Assembly: GCA_049517415.1 (NCBI GenBank)
Contig: JBEKSC010000003.1
Location: forward strand, 32,001-96,000
Direction: 5' to 3'
From: Candidatus Bathyarchaeia archaeon
GTDB lineage: Archaea; Thermoproteota; Bathyarchaeia; 40CM-2-53-6
DNA: 64,000 nt
Shown one piece after another: positions 58,831 through 64,000 of this stretch; positions within the stretch are counted from its first letter, which is position 1; the number at the start of each line of letters is the position of its first letter. The notes under the pieces are model-generated. The model saw nothing but the letters and a program-made list of their open reading frames with translations, was not told the DNA's origin and ran no database searches. A program made the translations under genes and the position numbers.

Positions 58831-58899
58831 GAGAGCAGATACTGCGTCCAAACTGGGAGAAAGAACGGGTTAAGTTATTGGGAATAGGCGGGATATTTC

Positions 58900-59904
58900 G
58901 TGGGGATTCGATTCGGGTATAGGGCAGAAGCTGAAGGTCATCAACCGGACGAACTTTTGAAGTTCGCCGTCCTTGCTCAAAGCTACGGGTTCGACTTCGT
59001 TCCAATAAGCGACCATTTCCATCCGTGGTTTCACACTAACGCCGCTTGCCCATTTGCATGGTCATGGATGTCCGCTGCTGCTGCCACGATCCCTAAGATC
59101 AGACTTGGAACAATAGTCACCGCGCCGATTGGCAGATACCACCCTGCCGTAATTGCTCAAGCCTTCGCAACAATGGACGCCATGTTCCCGAACAGAATGT
59201 TCCTTGCGCTGGGGACTGGGGAAGCCATGAATGACTCTCCGCTCGGCTACCCCTGGCCGAAATTTTCGGAAAGACTGGAGCGGTTCAAGGAATCTCTGGA
59301 GATCATTCGCAGCCTCTGGGCATCTGATTTCGTAAACTATTCGGGCGAGTACTATACGCTTAAGGACGCGAAACTTTACACGAAACCAAAAGGCCGAATA
59401 CCAATCTATGTTGCGGCCAACGGCCCACATGCCGCTAGCCTAGTCGGAAAGTACGCGGATGGATATGCAACGGTCGACCCACTAATGGGCAACATCAAGA
59501 ACCTCTGGCCGATAATTGACGGGGCGGCAAATGAAGTCGGAAGGGACGCAAGCCAGCTTACCAAAAACGTCGAGCTCTTCTTCTCATATTCTCAGAACTA
59601 TGACGAAGCCCTAGCCTCCGCGAGGAAATGGAAATCTGCCTTGATACCAAACATACTGAACCTACCCATCCATGACCCCAGAGAACTTGAAAGGCAGGGG
59701 AACCAAATTTCAGACGACGAACTCGCAAAAGTGTGGACCGTCACAACTGAAGCTGAACCAATAATCAAGAAAGCCGAGGAAGCCATATCGTTGGGATACA
59801 ATGAAATCCAACTCCACAGTGCAAGTCCCTCCGAAGAGAATTTTCTGCAGATGTGCAACAGAGATGTTCTACCTCAACTCAAACAAGACTTCAGTTCAAC
59901 TTAG
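58900..59904 (+). CDS. F420-dependent LLM oxidoreductase (G6PDH/TIGR03557-like)
   Basis: SDHFHPW, RYHPAVIAQAFAT, LGTGEAMND, AKLYTKP. Confidence 0.85.
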   Translation: MGIRFGYRAEAEGHQPDELLKFAVLAQSYGFDFVPISDHFHPWFHTNAACPFAWSWMSAAAATIPKIRLGTIVTAPIGRYHPAVIAQAFATMDAMFPNRMFLALGTGEAMNDSPLGYPWPKFSERLERFKESLEIIRSLWASDFVNYSGEYYTLKDAKLYTKPKGRIPIYVAANGPHAASLVGKYADGYATVDPLMGNIKNLWPIIDGAANEVGRDASQLTKNVELFFSYSQNYDEALASARKWKSALIPNILNLPIHDPRELERQGNQISDDELAKVWTVTTEAEPIIKKAEEAISLGYNEIQLHSASPSEENFLQMCNRDVLPQLKQDFSST

Positions 59905-60057
59905 CGCTTCGTTTCACACACTCCCGAATGGTCGATGCTCCAATGAGTTCATCGAAAACAACCATTAAGGCTCAGCACGAGCGTTTACGAGAACTGAATC
60001 AGCGAACCTAATTAGGGCCCCTTCTTGTTGCGTGCTCCAGAAAAATACTGATGCGCC

Positions 60058-61053
60058 ATGAACCCTGTAGAAGTTAATGAATTGTCGAAAACCTTCGACA
60101 CAAAAGAAGGACCACTGTTTCGTAAGGTTCCTAGAACAGTGGTTGCTGTAGACAGCATTAGCTTCAGTGTGCCGAAAGGCGAAATCTTCGGTCTTTTAGG
60201 CCCGAACGGTGCGGGAAAGACGACGACTATCAAAATGCTATGCACTTTGATAACTCCTACATCGGGCGATGCATACGTCGCTGGCTTCAGCGTAGCAAAG
60301 GAACAGCAGAAGGTTCGAGCCAATCTAGGGGTGATGTTAACGGGAGAGCGAACACTCTATTGGAAACTGACGGGGCGCGAGAACCTAGAATATTTTGCCG
60401 CCCTATACCATATGGAGTCGAGCTACACGAGAAACCGCATCGAAGAATTGCTCACGTTGGTAGGTCTGAAGGAACGTGAGGACACATTAGTTGAGAATTA
60501 CTCAACTGGGATGCGAATACGCCTCTCCTTCGCAAAGGCACTTCTAAACGAGGCGCCAGTACTCCTCTTTGATGAACCTACAGCAAGCCTCGACCCCCAA
60601 TCCTCGCACCTAATCCGAGACATTATTCGGGATTTGAAGAAAGACGGCTATGCAATCCTTCTCACAACGCACAACATGGAAGAAGCCGACATTCTAAGCG
60701 ACCGAGTCGCGATAATTGACCACGGGAAGATCGTAAGTCTCGGCCCCCCATCAGAGCTGAAGCAGAAGGTGAAGAGCAATGATGTTATCGAGATTGAGGG
60801 ACGCAACTTTTCCGACCAAACCGCTGATGCACTCGAATCGTTCAGTGAGGTTTCGAAGGCAGCATATACCTTGCCTGAGATAGCTGGCGAGAAGGGGTTA
60901 CTTCGAATCCATACTGAGAAGGGCAAAGAGGTCTTGCCGAAAATTCTCGAATTCCTAGTTAGGAAGCAGGCTACTATAACCAAGGTCAGTTTCATCGAGC
61001 CTACTCTAGAAGATGTTTTCATAGCCGAAACAGGCAGGAGCCTGAGAGACTAG
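60058..61053 (+). CDS. ABC exporter ATPase (DrrA-like)
   Basis: GPNGAGKTT, DEPT..LDP, TTHNMEEAD, PTLEDVF. Confidence 0.9.
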   Translation: MNPVEVNELSKTFDTKEGPLFRKVPRTVVAVDSISFSVPKGEIFGLLGPNGAGKTTTIKMLCTLITPTSGDAYVAGFSVAKEQQKVRANLGVMLTGERTLYWKLTGRENLEYFAALYHMESSYTRNRIEELLTLVGLKEREDTLVENYSTGMRIRLSFAKALLNEAPVLLFDEPTASLDPQSSHLIRDIIRDLKKDGYAILLTTHNMEEADILSDRVAIIDHGKIVSLGPPSELKQKVKSNDVIEIEGRNFSDQTADALESFSEVSKAAYTLPEIAGEKGLLRIHTEKGKEVLPKILEFLVRKQATITKVSFIEPTLEDVFIAETGRSLRD

Positions 61054-61054
61054 G

Positions 61055-61894
61055 ATGCGAACAACGTCCGGGGTAAGGGCAACTTTTGGGGCTTTGGCCG
61101 CAATCTTCTGGAAGGGGATAAAGCATTACACAAGGTACCCGGGCGGATTTGTGATTTACCTAATCATGCCATTCCTTTTTACTATCTTAATCTTCGGCAT
61201 GGGACAATTTGTGGGCGGCGGGAACGCCGCATCGAATTTCGCAGCTCGAACTGGGACAACTAACATTGTGGTCTACGAAATTCTTGGCAGCGCCGTCTGG
61301 ATGACCAGCTGGGTGGTTGTGGAGGATGTCGGTGTAGCCTTACGCGATGAGCAAATGAAAGGCACATTGGAGCAAAATTTCTTGGCGCCAGTCAGTCGTT
61401 TCACTCTTTTAATCGGCATGAGCCTCACTGACATTGTTATCACAACATTCATTTTCCTGATCGTTGTCGGCGCGACCGTTGCGATCGTTTTGCCCTCCAG
61501 CTTTCTGAACCTCATACAAGCCTTTCTCACCTTACTCATCGGTCTGGTTCCATTATTCGGAATCGGTTTTCTCTTCGCTGGGTTCGTGGTCAAATTCAAG
61601 GAACCATACGTGTTCACTCAGTTGGTCAACCTTATCTTCGCGACGTTGACCGGGACATATTATCCAGTGACCTTTCTACCCTACTGGGTTCAATTCATGT
61701 CAGGGGTACTCCCACAGACCTATGTAATCGATGATATGCGCCGTATTGTCCTAGCTGACCAGACGCTTGTGGGCCTCTACGGCAGCCTCTTCGTACTCCT
61801 TAGCTTAGCACTAGTCTACCCTGTTCTTGGCTACGCAGTCTTTAGGTATCTCGAGAAGAAGGCGAGTGTAACCGGTGAATTCTCAAAATACTAA
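61055..61894 (+). CDS. ABC-2 permease
   Basis: EQMKGTLE, GTYYPV..LP, about 6 TM. Confidence 0.85.
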   Translation: MRTTSGVRATFGALAAIFWKGIKHYTRYPGGFVIYLIMPFLFTILIFGMGQFVGGGNAASNFAARTGTTNIVVYEILGSAVWMTSWVVVEDVGVALRDEQMKGTLEQNFLAPVSRFTLLIGMSLTDIVITTFIFLIVVGATVAIVLPSSFLNLIQAFLTLLIGLVPLFGIGFLFAGFVVKFKEPYVFTQLVNLIFATLTGTYYPVTFLPYWVQFMSGVLPQTYVIDDMRRIVLADQTLVGLYGSLFVLLSLALVYPVLGYAVFRYLEKKASVTGEFSKY

Positions 61895-62705
61895 CTTCAC
61901 CAAACGATTGTTTGAGGAATTCAAAGCCTCATTTCTGAAGGATCTTCGCTCCTACGTGCGCTACCCCGCTTGGGTTTTGGGCGAATTCATCAGCACTCCG
62001 CTTTGGTTCTTCTTCTTCGCTCTAGGCGTAACATTGTTCGCCCCTACTACCATCTCGTCCTCTCGTAGCGGTGGTTTAGGCTTCTTCTTTTTCGGTTTCA
62101 TTTTCATAATTCTATTCAGCACATCAGTCTGGGGTGTGGGTCAAAGCATTCGTAATGAACAAACCGCGGGGACACTGGAACAATTCTTCCTCGCACCTGT
62201 AAACCGAGCAACACTTATCGTTGGTAGATGGGCACGTGTCTTTCTAACTGACACACTCATAATTACGTACACAACGCTTCTGCTCTACTTGTTTGGCGGC
62301 GGACTCGTAACGCTCCTCAATCCGGCGACCTTTCTATTCTCTTTGGGGCTGTATGAAATAGCCCTAATTGGTTTCGGGTTATTCATAGCGGCCCTAACAA
62401 TGCGCATCAAATCCTACAACACAATCTCCAACCTAGTATTCTTCGGCTACATGATCCTCACGGGCGCCCTATTCCCAGTCACCGTTATCCCCATGCCGTT
62501 CCGTTATCTTTCACTGGCCATCCCCTTCACATACTTCAACGATCTCATGCGCCACGCAGCGTTGGGGACTCCAACACTTTTCCCAAACGTCTTAGAATTC
62601 GTCGTCGCGGTCTTCTTGTCGATCTTGATGCTGCTGGTCGGCTTTTTCACGTTCAACGAGATCGAGAAAGGAGCACGCTCTCGAGGCAGCATCGGTACAA
62701 GTTGA
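61875..62705 (+). CDS. ABC-2 permease
   Basis: EQTAGTLE, GALFPV, PFTY, about 6 TM. Confidence 0.85.
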   Translation: MNSQNTNFTKRLFEEFKASFLKDLRSYVRYPAWVLGEFISTPLWFFFFALGVTLFAPTTISSSRSGGLGFFFFGFIFIILFSTSVWGVGQSIRNEQTAGTLEQFFLAPVNRATLIVGRWARVFLTDTLIITYTTLLLYLFGGGLVTLLNPATFLFSLGLYEIALIGFGLFIAALTMRIKSYNTISNLVFFGYMILTGALFPVTVIPMPFRYLSLAIPFTYFNDLMRHAALGTPTLFPNVLEFVVAVFLSILMLLVGFFTFNEIEKGARSRGSIGTS

Positions 62706-62825
62706 CTTGCACGTAGGCCGAGACAGCGCTAATGCTCAAATGATAAACGTCTGCGGAGTAATGAGTTCTGGAAGCTTTAATGAATGGGATGCCATACTGA
62801 GGTCTTGATTGAAAGGCGCTTCTGA

Positions 62826-63866
62826 TTGGTGGCCACGCTTCGGCTCGGGTATTGGGCTGCGCAGGAACAGTACGACCCGGAACGCCTGTTGCAGTACGCG
62901 GTCCACGCTGAAGTTGTTGGCTTCGACATGATAGTCACTAGTGACCATTTTCACCCTTGGAGCGACACCGGCGGTCAGTCGGGATTCCCATGGGTGTGGC
63001 TCGCATCCGCTGCAGAGAAAACTAGGAAGGTTGAAGTGGGGACCGCTGTCACGACTCCCCTCTTTCGATACCACCCTGCATTAGTCGCGCAAGCCTTTGC
63101 AACGCTCGACAACCTCTACCCCGGAAGAATTTTCGTAACCTTGGGCACCGGCCACTCCATGAACGAGACGCCGCTGGGTTTCAAGTGGCCTGGGTTTGAG
63201 GAAAAAGTTGGAAGGCTGCAGGAAGCACTTGAGATAATCCAGAAACTCTGGACAGGCGATTTTCTTACTTACGATGGGAAGTATTACCAACTCAACAAGG
63301 CCAAGCTCTACACGAAACCCAAGACCAAGATCCCAGTTTACTTGGCTACTTCGAATGAGCGAGTGGCCCGGCTCGCCGGCCAATTCAGCGATGGAATTCT
63401 CACCAACCCTAGAGGGTTGGATCGCTTCAAGAAGATCGTGAACGCCATGGAGAAAGCTGCCGCGAAAGTAGGCCGCGACCCAGCTAAGCTCAGTAAGAGT
63501 ATGGAATTCAAGGTCGCCTACGACATTGATTATGACCGAGCCCTCAAATCCGCAATGTTCTGGGCAACCACTGCCATACCACGCGAAAAACGGGAGCACG
63601 TTTGGGACCCGAGGGAATTGCAGGCGCTCGTTGGTCCTGAGGAGGAAAGGAAAATCAAAGAGTCCTGGCTCATAACAACTGACTCCGACGACATCATCAC
63701 ACGTCTGGGTGATTTTCTGAAAATGGGCTTCGACCGAGTTTACATCCACAGCGCCAGCCCTATCGAGGAACGATTCTTGAACCTGCTGGGACGTGAGATA
63801 CTGCCGTGGATGAGGGAGTATTATGAGAGCCTATTTCGCCCCGTTCGCACAATAACCGTAGAATAA
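62826..63866 (+). CDS. F420-dependent LLM oxidoreductase (G6PDH-like), paralogue
   Basis: AAQEQY, SDHFHPW, RYHPALVAQAFAT, LGTGHSMNE. Confidence 0.85.
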   Translation: MVATLRLGYWAAQEQYDPERLLQYAVHAEVVGFDMIVTSDHFHPWSDTGGQSGFPWVWLASAAEKTRKVEVGTAVTTPLFRYHPALVAQAFATLDNLYPGRIFVTLGTGHSMNETPLGFKWPGFEEKVGRLQEALEIIQKLWTGDFLTYDGKYYQLNKAKLYTKPKTKIPVYLATSNERVARLAGQFSDGILTNPRGLDRFKKIVNAMEKAAAKVGRDPAKLSKSMEFKVAYDIDYDRALKSAMFWATTAIPREKREHVWDPRELQALVGPEEERKIKESWLITTDSDDIITRLGDFLKMGFDRVYIHSASPIEERFLNLLGREILPWMREYYESLFRPVRTITVE

Positions 63867-64000
63867 CTGACATTACCTCGCGATAGTGTTCGCAGGGTTT
63901 GTTGTAGGAAGGATCACTGACACCAGAATTCTACTGGTCGCCATGCGCCCTCGGAAAGCACATACCTAATGTAAGCTATTCTTGAAATGAGGGCAACAGT

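Noticed and set aside
63081..63749. Long antisense ORFs (this one, also 27470-28096 and 3731-4342)
   Set aside because: They lie opposite well-supported genes and have no motifs; treated as shadows

Overview
This is archaeal DNA, judged from an intron-containing tRNA, oligo-T terminators and archaeal-type enzymes; a TACK/Bathyarchaeia-like host is my inference. It is gene-dense and mostly heterotrophic metabolism and transport: a peptide/oxoproline/hydantoin catabolic cluster with ECF and ABC transporters, two acetyl-CoA synthetases plus an acetate permease, malic enzyme, GAPN, 6-phosphogluconate dehydrogenase, a frameshifted gluconate dehydratase and two F420-type LLM oxidoreductases. The most notable structures are: (1) a complete 4,929-bp cargo-carrying IS6-like transposon (34925-39853) with 15-bp perfect TIRs and an 8-bp TSD, inserted into one copy of a repeated palindromic target motif whose half-site also occurs in its own ends, and containing a nested 60-bp-IR-bounded cassette and a divergent transposase/small-ORF switch with twin operators; (2) a clean 331-bp intragenic inversion between 6-bp inverted repeats that splits a BNR-repeat gene across both strands; (3) a two-intron tRNA-Ser(CGA) with a decayed att-like copy 7.6 kb downstream that bounds an integrase-less metabolic island; (4) several small ORFs, gene remnants and homopolymer frameshifts missing from the ORF track. 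No CRISPR array or rRNA was seen. All protein family calls come from motif recognition by eye, not from database searches.
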